A stretch of 64,000 nt of DNA from an uncultured Actinomycetota bacterium (GTDB taxonomy: Bacteria; Actinomycetota; Actinomycetes; Mycobacteriales; Mycobacteriaceae): positions 109,482 to 173,481 of the forward strand of contig CAWBFI010000012.1 of assembly GCA_963788075.1 (NCBI GenBank), written 5' to 3'. The notes beneath the pieces were generated by a model that did not search any database, was not told where the DNA came from, and was given only the letters and a program-made list of their open reading frames with translations. Positions 42,370-51,586 of the stretch are shown here, piece by piece. Position 1 is the first letter of the stretch; each line of letters opens with the position of its first letter. Both the position numbers and the translations under genes were made by a program.

Positions 42370-43398
42370 ATGAACGAGTATGACGGCAAGCAGTTCGTCG
42401 GGATCGATCTGCATCGGCAGCGGTCGGTGATCGTGCGCCAATCGGAGTCCGGTGAGCAGCTCTCAGCGGTACGGATCGTCAACGACCCGGTCGCGTTGGG
42501 ACTGCAGCTCGAGGACGCCGGCTCCGACCCCGAGGTGGTGCTCGAAGCAACGTATGGATGGTACTGGGCGGTCGATGTGCTGCAAGCCCACGGAGCGCAG
42601 GTACATCTGGCGCACCCATTGGGAGTCAAAGGGTTTCGGTACAGAAGGGTGAAAAACGACGTGCGCGACGCCGGCGATCTGGCTGATCTGCTGCGGATGG
42701 GTCGACTGCCCGAGGCCTGGATCGCACCACCGGCGACACGCGAGCTGCGGGAGTTGGTGCGCTATCGGGCCAAGCTGGTCGCGATCCGATCCGGGCTCAA
42801 AGCCCAGGTCCATGCCGTACTGGCCAAAGCCGGGGTGTTGATTGCGGTATCGGACCTGTTCGGAGTCGGTGGGCGCAAGCGACTCGCGAAGGTGCCGCTA
42901 GCCACCGCCTACGCCGAACGGGTCCGCTCACTGCTGGAACTGATCGATACCCTCGATGGCCACGAGGCACGTTTCGCCGCGTTGATCGCCAAACGGCTCG
43001 ACGCTGACCGCGGCTATCAAGCCATCCAGCAGGTACCCGGTATCGGAGTGACGCTGGCGGCGGTTTTTGTCGCCGAGATTGGTGACGCCGGCCGCTTCAC
43101 CGGTCCAGCCCAACTGTGCTCTTGGGCCGGACTGACCCCGCGCCACCGCGAATCCGACACCGTCGTACACCGCGGGCATATCACCAAACAGGGCTCCAAA
43201 CTGGTTCGTTGGGCAGCGATCGAGGCGGTGCAGCGCCACCCGACGACGGCCAAGATCGCGGCCGACAAAGACCGCATCGAAGCTCGCCGCGGCAAAAACA
43301 TCGCCAAGGTTGCCGCGGCACGCAAACTACTCACGCTGGTCTACTACGGGCTGCGCGACGGCCACATCCGCGCGCTCGACCGTGCCAGCGCAGCGTGA
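42370..43398 (+). CDS. IS110-family DEDD recombinase
   Basis: VGIDLH, VLEAT, KNDVRDA, VPGIG, WAGLTP. Confidence 0.93.
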   Translation: MNEYDGKQFVGIDLHRQRSVIVRQSESGEQLSAVRIVNDPVALGLQLEDAGSDPEVVLEATYGWYWAVDVLQAHGAQVHLAHPLGVKGFRYRRVKNDVRDAGDLADLLRMGRLPEAWIAPPATRELRELVRYRAKLVAIRSGLKAQVHAVLAKAGVLIAVSDLFGVGGRKRLAKVPLATAYAERVRSLLELIDTLDGHEARFAALIAKRLDADRGYQAIQQVPGIGVTLAAVFVAEIGDAGRFTGPAQLCSWAGLTPRHRESDTVVHRGHITKQGSKLVRWAAIEAVQRHPTTAKIAADKDRIEARRGKNIAKVAAARKLLTLVYYGLRDGHIRALDRASAA

Positions 43399-43797
43399 GC
43401 ACTCCGGACGCAACCCGTGCGCGGCCGCTTTTTTGTCTGACCCCCCAACGGCGTGGTCGCCCGCTTGATTGACCCCACGTGTTGCTACCGCACCGCTCCA
43501 TGCCCACCACAGCTGGGCGAAGGGATGACCGGCAGCCGGAACAGTCCGGCCCTGCCCCAAAGTATCTGCACCATCACGGTTTGGAGAAGGCCCACAACCA
43601 CACATCCGCCCGGCTGATCTTCCCGACGTCCGTCGAAAGCATGCATCGGCCCGGTCCGGGGTCAAGACCGTTCGTCCTCGCTACGCTGCGGGCGCTCCGT
43701 CTTGACCCCGGCCCTTACCCGATGCCGCCTACACGGAGGCCGAAAGCCAGCACAATCCCAGGTCGCCAACGTCTTGACAGAACCCCACCCCTTCAGG
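43399..43797 (+). ncRNA. Candidate bridge/seek RNA region in the IS1111-1 3' non-coding region
   Basis: About 400-nt structured region; hairpin 43658-43709 conserved with IS1111-2; RNA boundaries not determinable. Confidence 0.45.
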
Positions 43798-43819
43798 GAT
43801 GACAAGATCACCCGCATAA

Positions 43820-44925
43820 TGGCCGAGCACTGCCGCGATCGTCGGTAGCGGAACCGCTGCGGCCAGCAGCCGGGATGCGGCGTTGTGGCGCAGCAATCGG
43901 GTTCCCGCCTTCAGCTTGTTCACCCCCGCTTTCCGGAATGTCTCAACGGTCACCCGGTGCACCGTCGCGTGATCGCCCAGCCGGGTGTGTGGGGCTACCG
44001 AACGCAGGAATAGGTGATCATCGCCGGAGCTGGGACGCTCGTCGAGAACATAGGTGGCCAGCTTGCCCAGCAGCAAGGCCGGCAATGGCAGCGTCAGCGG
44101 GTTGCCCGTCTTCTGCTGCACGAGGCCGATTGTGTGCCCACGCCAGTCGACGTCACCCATCCGTAGCGCCACGATGTCACAGGCCCGCAATCCCGTCGAT
44201 AATGCGAGCAAGGTGATCGCGGCGTCTCGCGCGCTGACCACCCCCGACGCACAGGCCCGAACAACCCGTTCCTCGTCGCCATCGCCGAGGGCGGGGACTA
44301 TCGCGTGAAAGCGTTTGATGCCAGCCAGAGTCAGCGCATTGACAAGGTCGGTGCGGCCGGTGAACTTGAGGAACGGACGAAAGTTCGACACCACCCAAAA
44401 CAGCGACGACCTGGCCCACCGGTCCAGTAGGGATTCCAAAAACGCCAGGACACTGGCGCCATCCGCCCGGTCCAGCACTGCGATCCCGCGTGCTTCCAGG
44501 AACACCAGGTAGCTACGCGCCACCCTTCCATAGGCCTCGCGGGTGGCCGGCGCAAGACCGCGCCGGCCCATCTCGGCCTGCCAGGCGGCGTCCAGTGCAA
44601 CGAAGTCGCTGCTCTCGGGCCGTGGACCTCCGCCGCCGCGGCCACGAACCGCCAGGTCCACCCGCCCGGTCTGCACATACGAGTCGAACACCGTAACAAG
44701 ACGCCGGTAATCGAACCGGCGCTGCGGGCTGAACCGACCGGTGCGCACACTGGTCGTCATCGAGGCGAACTCCGCACCCAGACCGGTGGAATACTCACGC
44801 CCCAAGGCGAACTCAGTCAGCGCCTTGATCGTCTTCGCGTACTGACCAACTGTCGATTCCATGTAGCCGGCCGCACGCAGCTCCGCCACGACAACCGCGC
44901 CGATCCCACGGACCGTCGTATCCAT
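43820..44925 (-). pseudogene. RitA of RIT-B, 5' fragment
   Basis: STGLRACD, QQKTG, TRLLRHNAAS...IAAVLGH, then inserted element. Confidence 0.88.
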
Positions 44926-45064
44926 GACCGTCTCCTTCCACAGACGTAGAGATACGACGGACGCTAACCACCACCCGAAACGTTAAGCCGAGAAATCCAG
45001 CGACACCCCCCACGAGCGCAGGCCATCTCCGCAGATCCTCGGCTTAAAGCAAACCTCGGCATAA

Positions 45065-45651
45065 TCGCTATGATGGACCAGCTGACCGTCACAGATATCG
45101 CGGGAGAAGATCGCGTAGTCGAGCGCCGAGATCACCAGGTCGGTGTCCGCGCGAGGGCCGCTGCGCCAGCCAACCACCTTGTTGGAGAACGCATCACGAA
45201 CGCTGGCCAGCCACAGCACACCCTCGCCGGTGAGGATGCGAGTCAGATCGGCCACCCACTTGCGGTTGGGTGCAGTCGCGGTGAAGTCGCGGTCGAGCAG
45301 ATCCGGCGCGGCCGTGTGCTTGGGGTTTTGCCGGGTGGACCCGTGCTTCCAGCCCTTGCGCAGATAGGCGCCGCGGCGGCCGTTGACGCGCATGATCCGC
45401 TCCACCCGCTTGCGGGAGACCCACACCCCGCGGCGGCGCAGCTCCAGCCACACCCGCGGTGAGCCGTAGGTGGCGGCGAACTCGTGAGAGCCGCGGATCT
45501 CATCGATCAGCGTCAGCAGCCCGGCGTCCTCACGGGTCCGCCGCGACGGTTGCTGGCGCGCCTTGCGCCACCCGTAGTAGGTCGAGGCTGCGATACCCAG
45601 GACCCGTAGTACGAGACCGACCGAGAAGTCATGCGCATCAACGAAGTTCAT
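45065..45651 (-). pseudogene. IS3-B OrfB, 5' fragment
   Basis: TYGSPRV, KWVADLT, GQLVHHSD, then RIT sequence. Confidence 0.88.
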
Positions 45652-45959
45652 GACCGCCTCCGGGTCGGGTCGATCTCCGAGGCGAAATACGCACTCGCCG
45701 CCTTGAGTACCTCGTTGACGGCCCGCAGTTGCTTTACTTCGGCACGCAGCCGGCGATTCTCCTCCAGCATCTCTGTCGTTGGACGGTCGTGCCGCGCACC
45801 ACGGTCAGCCTCGTCCTGGCGGATCCAATTCCGCAAGGCCTCCGGATGCACGTTCAGCTGACGCGCCAGCTGCGCGATCACCGGCTTGGGAGTCGACTCC
45901 CGATACAGCCGCACCGCGCGTTCACGCAGCTCGGCCGGATACTTCCTGTTCGCTGCCAC
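45648..45959 (-). CDS. IS3-B OrfA
   Basis: RKYPAELRERAVRL...NEVLKAASAYFASEIDPTRRRS. Confidence 0.88.
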   Translation of the reverse strand: MAANRKYPAELRERAVRLYRESTPKPVIAQLARQLNVHPEALRNWIRQDEADRGARHDRPTTEMLEENRRLRAEVKQLRAVNEVLKAASAYFASEIDPTRRRS

Positions 45960-46031
45960 TGAGACTTCCTCCCTCCAGGCTTACAACAGCAAACCCGGTT
46001 TGGAAGTCTCCGGAAAAGCGGGGGAAGCACA

Positions 46032-46332
46032 GATCGCCAGGTCTTCGGGCACTTCGCGGTCGATGGTCTTGAGGAACTTCAACCACTCCTGATGCCGGTG
46101 GTGGGGCATACATTGTCCGATCACCATGCCGGTCAACACGTCCAGTGCAGCGAACAAGGTGGTGGTGCCGTGCCGCTTGTAGTCGTGGGTCATCGTCTCG
46201 CCTCGCCCCTTGACCATCGGCAGCGATGCCTGCGTGCGGTCCAATGCCTGCACCGAGGACTTCTCGTCGGCGCATAACACGATCGCCTTCTCGGGAGGAC
46301 TGAGGTACAGACCGACCACGTCGACCAGTTTC
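46032..46332 (-). pseudogene. IS630 transposase, middle fragment
   Basis: KLVDVVGLY...LCADEKS...[16 protein letters not shown]. Confidence 0.88.
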
Positions 46333-46431
46333 TCCCCTTTTACCGGCTAATAATGTTTACTGCGATAGCTCAACACGCCGTGTTTGACTGGGTTTCCGGG
46401 ACTAGTGACGTGTTTGTGGGATACATGTCGC

Positions 46432-47451
46432 ATGACATCGGTGAGCGAGTTTCGTGTCGAGGCGCGTGACGACGGCTGGGTGGTGACTGGCCCGTCAGCG
46501 GTGGGCCTGCAGCTGGTCAATGACTATCTCGGCTATCTCGGCGATCGGCATTACGCGCCGGGCACCCGACGCTCGTACGCGTTCGACCTGCTCGCGTTGT
46601 GTCGGTGGCTCGAGGAGCAGCATCTGCGGCTAGACGAGGTGGACACCGCTGTGGTGCTGCGGTTCCTCACATCGTGTGATGGGTTGGCGGCGGCGACGGT
46701 GAACCGGCGGTTGGCCGCGATCAGCGGCATGTTCACGTTTCGGGCGATGCGTGATCCGGCCGCGGTCAACCCGATGCCGAAAGGTCCTGCCGGCCGCCGG
46801 GTTTCGGCGTCACAGCGCAGCGGACTGCTGGGTCACCTGGCCCGACCGCAGCCACGCTCACCGCTGCGGGCCCGCCAGCCGCAGCGGTTGCCTCGCGGCC
46901 TGGAGCACGCTCAGGTCAACGCGTTCTTGGCGAGTTTGCGGACCTGGCGAGACAAGGCGATCGCCGGGCTGATGCTGTTCTCCGGCCTGCGCAGCGCCGA
47001 GGTCCTCTCCCTCGATGTCGCCGATGTGGACATCGGCGCCGGTTGGGCACGAGTGCTTGGCAAGGGCGGACGGGAACGACGGGCGCCGGTCGACAGCGAG
47101 GTGGTCGGCTGGATCCAGGCGTACTTGCTCGCTGAACGACCCGACACCGAGGCCGGTGCGTTGTTCGTGGTCGCCAAGGGACCGCACCGCGGGCAGCGGC
47201 TCACCCCGGCCGGGCTGCGCACGATCTTCCGCTACCACCGGGTCCGCTCCGAGGTGCCCGGCGCGCACCCGCACGCACTGCGGCACTCCTTCGGTACCGC
47301 GTTGGCCGAGTCCGGGGTAGATCTTGCAGTCATCCAGGCGCTGCTTGGTCACGCCCATGTCGATTCCTCGGTCGGCTACATCCATTTGGCGCCGGTACGG
47401 GTCCGCGCGGCCTACGACGCCGCCCGGGCCAGGCAACGTGGCCAGGGGTGA
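46432..47451 (+). CDS. TnpA-like tyrosine recombinase
   Basis: SGLRSAE, GKGGRER, PHALRH, LGHAHVDSSVGY. Confidence 0.88.
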   Translation: MTSVSEFRVEARDDGWVVTGPSAVGLQLVNDYLGYLGDRHYAPGTRRSYAFDLLALCRWLEEQHLRLDEVDTAVVLRFLTSCDGLAAATVNRRLAAISGMFTFRAMRDPAAVNPMPKGPAGRRVSASQRSGLLGHLARPQPRSPLRARQPQRLPRGLEHAQVNAFLASLRTWRDKAIAGLMLFSGLRSAEVLSLDVADVDIGAGWARVLGKGGRERRAPVDSEVVGWIQAYLLAERPDTEAGALFVVAKGPHRGQRLTPAGLRTIFRYHRVRSEVPGAHPHALRHSFGTALAESGVDLAVIQALLGHAHVDSSVGYIHLAPVRVRAAYDAARARQRGQG

Positions 47452-49405
47452 ACGGCGCGCCGCGCACGTGCCCGGCGCGGCCGAGCTGGTCGGCGACTAC
47501 GAGGCGTGGTTGGCTGTCGACGGGCGAGGGTCGTTGTCCTACCGCAACGCGGCGTGGTCGTTCCTCGCGCGCTGGCCCGACCTGGCTCGATTCGCCGTGG
47601 AAACGCTCGACGTGCAGCAAAGTTTGGGCGTGGCGCAACGGCCGTTCGTCACCTACCTGATGGTCACCGGGCGGCTACGGCCCGGCTATGACTACCTGAG
47701 CCGCAAGATCGGCGGGCTGCTCGCCCAGGCTGGCCGCGGCCCGCTGGCCGCCGAGATCGCCGCGTTCACTACCGCGGCGACCGAGCTGGATTACAGTGCC
47801 CACACCGTGCGCTGCGCCGCCGAACGCGTTATCGTCCGGCTGCTCATCCAGACCGGCCGACCGCTGGCGCAGCTGCGCGCCGCCGACCTCGGCGAGCTGG
47901 CCGCGGCGCTGCACCGACACGCCCAGACCGGCGGCAAACCCGCCGCCTGGAACGCCGACCGCGCCATGATCAGCACAGCCCACCGGGTGCTGTTCCACCT
48001 CGGCATCCTCGACACGCCTCCGCCGGACCCAAGGTGCAGGCCAGGCCTAAGTGGTCACTACAGCGGCGTGGTCGAACCACTGCGCACGGTGTTCATGGAC
48101 TACTGCACGCAGGCCGCCGCGACCCGGGCGCCGACCACGGTCAAAGCGATTGCCGGCCACCTGGCCGGCTTCGGCCGGTTCCTCACCGCCTGCGACCCGC
48201 CGGTCACCGACCTGGCCGTACTCGACCGCGCCACTATCGAGGCGTGGCTTGCGGCGCTGGCCGCCGCCCGACTGCGTAACGGGAACCCCATGTCCCTGGG
48301 CTACCGCCGCGGCCGGATCATCGCCGTACGGCAGTTCCTTACCGACATCACCGAGTGGGGTTGGCCTGCTGCCCCGCCGCGCACCCTGATCTTCTCCCGG
48401 GACCTGCCCCGCCTGACCCACCCGTTGCCGCGCTACCTGCCCCCGGATGCCGATCGGGCCCTGCAGGCCGCCTTGCGGCACATGTCGGACAACGGGCCGA
48501 CGGTGTTGACGCGGCTACACGCCGACGCGCTGCTCCTGGTCCGCGCTACGGGGCTACGCATCGGCGAACTGCGCGACCTCGAGTTGGACTGTGTGCATCA
48601 GATCGACGGGCACGGCACCTGGCTGAAAGTGCCGCTGGGCAAGCTGGCCAGCGAACGGATGGTGCCCCTGGACGAGGAAACCGTCGCCGTGATTGACCGC
48701 ATTGTCGCCCGTCGCACCTCCGGCCGGGCGCTGCCGCACCCGCGCACCGCACGATTGGTCGACTTCCTGCTCGTGCACCAAGGCCGACGCATCTCGGCCT
48801 GCGCGCTACGCGAGGAACTCGCCCGCGCCGCCGACACCGCCGGTCTCGGCAAAATCACTCCCCATGCCCTCAGACACACCTTCGCCACGGCCTTGGTGAA
48901 TGCGGGCTGCTCACTGCAGGCGCTGATGCAACTACTCGGGCACCTCTCGGCGAACATGAGCCTTCGGTACGGGCGGCTGTTTGACGCCACCGTGCGTGAG
49001 GAATACGAACGCGCCCTGACCCAGACCAAAGCACAACTCGCGACGGCACCGCCAGCACCAGCCGCCTCGTCGCCACCGGTAGTTGGCCGACCGCTACCGC
49101 TGGTGGCGATCACCGGCGGAGCCGACTGGAAGGACACTGCCACCATCAAGTCCCGCCTGGCCGGCGGGTTCTGCCTACGCGCCCCGGCTCAGGGATCCTG
49201 TTCCTATGCCAACATCTGCGAGCACTGCCCGAACTTCCGCACCGACACCGGCTACCTCGCCGTTCTTGGCGCCCAACACGCCGATGCGCTCACCTTGGCC
49301 GCGGACGCCGAAACACGCGGCTGGGGCGCCGAAGCCGAACGGCACCGCCGCCTCGCCGACCGCCTTGATGAGTTGATCAGCCAAACCCGGGCCGAAACAC
49401 GATGA
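47438..49405 (+). CDS. TnpB-like large tyrosine recombinase with Cys-rich C-terminus
   Basis: TGLRIGE, PHALRH, LGHLSANMSLRY, GFCLR...CSYANICEHC. Confidence 0.88.
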   Translation: MARGERRAAHVPGAAELVGDYEAWLAVDGRGSLSYRNAAWSFLARWPDLARFAVETLDVQQSLGVAQRPFVTYLMVTGRLRPGYDYLSRKIGGLLAQAGRGPLAAEIAAFTTAATELDYSAHTVRCAAERVIVRLLIQTGRPLAQLRAADLGELAAALHRHAQTGGKPAAWNADRAMISTAHRVLFHLGILDTPPPDPRCRPGLSGHYSGVVEPLRTVFMDYCTQAAATRAPTTVKAIAGHLAGFGRFLTACDPPVTDLAVLDRATIEAWLAALAAARLRNGNPMSLGYRRGRIIAVRQFLTDITEWGWPAAPPRTLIFSRDLPRLTHPLPRYLPPDADRALQAALRHMSDNGPTVLTRLHADALLLVRATGLRIGELRDLELDCVHQIDGHGTWLKVPLGKLASERMVPLDEETVAVIDRIVARRTSGRALPHPRTARLVDFLLVHQGRRISACALREELARAADTAGLGKITPHALRHTFATALVNAGCSLQALMQLLGHLSANMSLRYGRLFDATVREEYERALTQTKAQLATAPPAPAASSPPVVGRPLPLVAITGGADWKDTATIKSRLAGGFCLRAPAQGSCSYANICEHCPNFRTDTGYLAVLGAQHADALTLAADAETRGWGAEAERHRRLADRLDELISQTRAETR

Positions 49406-49725
49406 GCGACAACCCGACTGACCGCGTCCGCAGCGCCTGCGAACAACTGCTCGCCGCCGGACGCGGCGTCACCTTCGCCGCCGTCGCCGAGCACAGCGGC
49501 ATCAGCCGCGCCACCTGCTACCGCAACCGGCAACTCCGCGCCGTCATCGACGCCTACCGATCCCGCCACGGCGAAATGCTCACCATCACCGGACTCGCCG
49601 AGCGCCTCGACAACCTCACCCAAGCCCTCGACGCCGTCGCAGCCAAAGTTCGCCGACAAGAAGAAGAACTCCGCACGCTCAAACGTCGAGCAGCTACCCC
49701 GCGGCGGAGCCCGAAGCCCGATTAG
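49402..49725 (+). CDS. TnpC-like small HTH/coiled-coil protein
   Basis: VTFAAVAEHSGISRATCYRN; third gene, ATGA overlap. Confidence 0.8.
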   Translation: MSDNPTDRVRSACEQLLAAGRGVTFAAVAEHSGISRATCYRNRQLRAVIDAYRSRHGEMLTITGLAERLDNLTQALDAVAAKVRRQEEELRTLKRRAATPRRSPKPD

Positions 49726-49733
49726 CCGGAGAA

Positions 49734-50197
49734 TCCTCGAAACGCGGGTCGTTGGACAGTTTGAACGTCTTCACCCGATGCGGTTTGAGCCCCCGCGCGT
49801 GCCACACCAGCTGCACCGTCGACTTCGACACCCCCGCCGCAGCAGCCATCGTCCTACAGCTCCAATGGGTTTCACCTTTCGGGCGGTAGTTCTGCGTCAG
49901 ATCGAGGATCTCGTCGATCTTGGATTGCGGGATCGACGGTTTACGGCCACGACCCTTGCGGACCTGACCCAGCTTCGCCAACCCTTCCTCGGTGAACCGC
50001 TCACGCCAGCTCTTCACCGACGCCGGCGACACCGACAACGACCGCGCGATCGCCGTGTTGGCCACACCATCGGCCGCCATCAGCAGCGCCTTGGCCCGCA
50101 CCACCTCCCGATGCGCACCCGACTGCGACCGAGCCAACGACTCAAGCACCTCACGTTGTCCAGCCGACATCTCCAACGCAGGCACGGGTTGTCTCAT
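49734..50197 (-). pseudogene. IS630 transposase, 5' fragment
   Basis: RAKALLMAADG...RKGRGRKP...HWSCRTMA...LKPHRVKTFKLSNDPRFE. Confidence 0.88.
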
Positions 50198-50490
50198 GGC
50201 GAGATCATAGCGAACCTACAGCCACTTTATTGCAGGACACACCACTAGCAGCCAGGGACTTCCGAACGTTGTGCATGCGCGCTGTGCCCGGTTCGGCTCG
50301 GCCGATGGGGTCCTGTCGGCGGGCCGCGTGCGGGAGAAGACCACGCGGTTTCACGACGCGAAACGCTGCGACGCCGCTAGCGAGCCTTGGACGCAGACTC
50401 AACCGCCAGCTGAGCAACCGGCGTCATTTGGAGTGAGATCACGGCATGAACCACGCGAGCCAAGCCCTGCGTGCTGATCGGCGGGGAACA

Positions 50491-50970
50491 TCACCCTGCG
50501 TCGAGGGCACGCTGCACGCCGTCTAGGCAACCCCTCAAGAAATTTGAGCCGTCGACGTCACTCGCGTTGCTACTCTTCCTGACCAGAGTAAGCAGGTCCT
50601 GGCAGTAGGATCGAGGAGTAACACGACCCTCGTTGATGAATTTCCGAAGAGTAGCACGGTCTCGGATTGCATAGTCATAGCCGGACTGGTAGGAGTAACT
50701 ACCGTCGAGGGCACGCTCCACGCCGTCTAGGCAACCACTCAAGAAATCTGAGCCGTCGACGTCACTCGCGTTGCTACTCTTCCTGACCAGAGTAAGCAGG
50801 TCCTGGCAGTAGGATCGAGGAGTAGCACGACCCTCGTTGATGAATTTCCGAAGAGTAGCACGGTCTCGGATTGCATGGTCATAGCCGGACTGGTAGGAGA
50901 CACCGCATGCCGCGATCACGATAGCCATTCCCGCGACTTGCGCAACGAACACCATTTTCAATTTTTTCAC
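50491..50970 (-). CDS. Putative lipoprotein with two 68-aa internal repeats
   Basis: KK plus hydrophobic stretch and IAAC-G lipobox-like site; repeat SYQSGYD...CQDLL...GCLDGV..ALD. Confidence 0.7.
   Translation of the reverse strand: MKKLKMVFVAQVAGMAIVIAACGVSYQSGYDHAIRDRATLRKFINEGRATPRSYCQDLLTLVRKSSNASDVDGSDFLSGCLDGVERALDGSYSYQSGYDYAIRDRATLRKFINEGRVTPRSYCQDLLTLVRKSSNASDVDGSNFLRGCLDGVQRALDAG
50502..50898. repeat. 204-bp tandem duplication inside the lipoprotein gene
   Basis: Unit starts at 50502 and 50706; near identical. Confidence 0.9.
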
Positions 50971-51586
50971 CTGTGCCCTCCTGGAGGATGTCCCAGGTTC
51001 CGTGGAACTTCGGTGGCGGTCCGGTGAGCATCAGGCTGCGCTCACCTCGTCATTGTGCACCATGGTGCCGACAGGTTCGGCGGTCTGGCGCTCGAGAGCT
51101 GTGCGGAGTGTCGGTAGGTGCAGGTGACCGTTGACACGGCGGAACTGCTTGCCGGCCTCGACCATCCCGGCGGCACACCAGCGCAGCGCCATCTGCCCGT
51201 CCCGCCAGCGTTTGACGTTGCCGGCGTGTTCGCGGCACACGGAGATCATCGACTCGATGCAGTTGGTCGAGCGCAGCGTGCGGGCCAGGGTGGGTGGCAC
51301 GCCCAGTCGCAGCACGGTGAGTGTCTCGTCGAGGCCCTCACGCAGGCTGGCCGCCGCCCCGGGGTGGGTGCGGTCGAGTTCGGTGGCCAGGGCCAGCAAC
51401 GCGGCCTCGGCCTCCAGTGCCGATCCGGCATGGTAGGCGTCGGTCATCTTCCGGCCGACGGTGGACCGAAGGCGTTGCGGCAGATGATCTTTCACGTTAT
51501 CCGTTAACCGGCCCTCGTCAGGGCGACACGCTCGGTGCATGTGAGGTCCCACCAGCGAGGCATGTGGGTGCTGACACTGGAGGTCG

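Larger units (their letters stand above)
42280..43797 (+). mobile_element. IS110-family (IS1111-type) element 1
   Basis: Sub-terminal IRs TGAAGGGGCGGGG / CCCCACCCCTTCA; GAT core at both junctions; outward TTGACA at 43774-43779. Confidence 0.85.
39314..43819 (+). mobile_element. Tn554-like two-gene tyrosine recombinase element 1 (contains an IS1111-type element)
   Basis: Short IRs TATACGGGTGATCT / TATGCGGGTGATCT; excision restores ritA LGH-ASEES. Confidence 0.8.
37115..45064 (-). mobile_element. RIT element B, interrupted in ritA
   Basis: 95-bp IR with 5 mismatches (37135-37229 / 44976-45070); 20-bp palindrome at 37115-37134; flanking TCGCTA repeats. Confidence 0.92.
36736..46031 (-). mobile_element. 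IS3-family element B, interrupted by RIT-B
   Basis: IRs TGTGCTTCCCCCGCTTTTCCGGAGAC / TAAAGTTCCCCCGGTTCTCCGGAGAC; 3-bp duplication GAT. Confidence 0.9.
46333..49733 (+). mobile_element. Tn554-like three-gene element 2 (TnpA/TnpB/TnpC)
   Basis: IRs TTTACCGGCTAAT / TTCTCCGGCTAAT; excision restores IS630 RFEEKL. Confidence 0.85.
34938..50247 (-). mobile_element. IS630-family element expanded to 15.3 kb by nested insertions
   Basis: IRs TAGTGCTGTGTCCTG / TAGTGGTGTGTCCTG with TA target; transposase pieces at 50197-49734, 46332-46032, 36735-36435 and 34983-34956 rejoin in frame. Confidence 0.9.

Noticed and set aside
43774-43800. Hybrid promoter formed at the IS1111-1 circle junction
   Set aside because: TTGACA is present but the predicted junction gives no TANNNT -10 at 16-18 nt spacing
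44999-45005. AGCGACA in the RIT-B right IR matches the RIT-B target, suggesting a DNA or RNA guide
   Set aside because: A 7-nt match within this search space is plausible by chance, and RIT-A shows no equivalent
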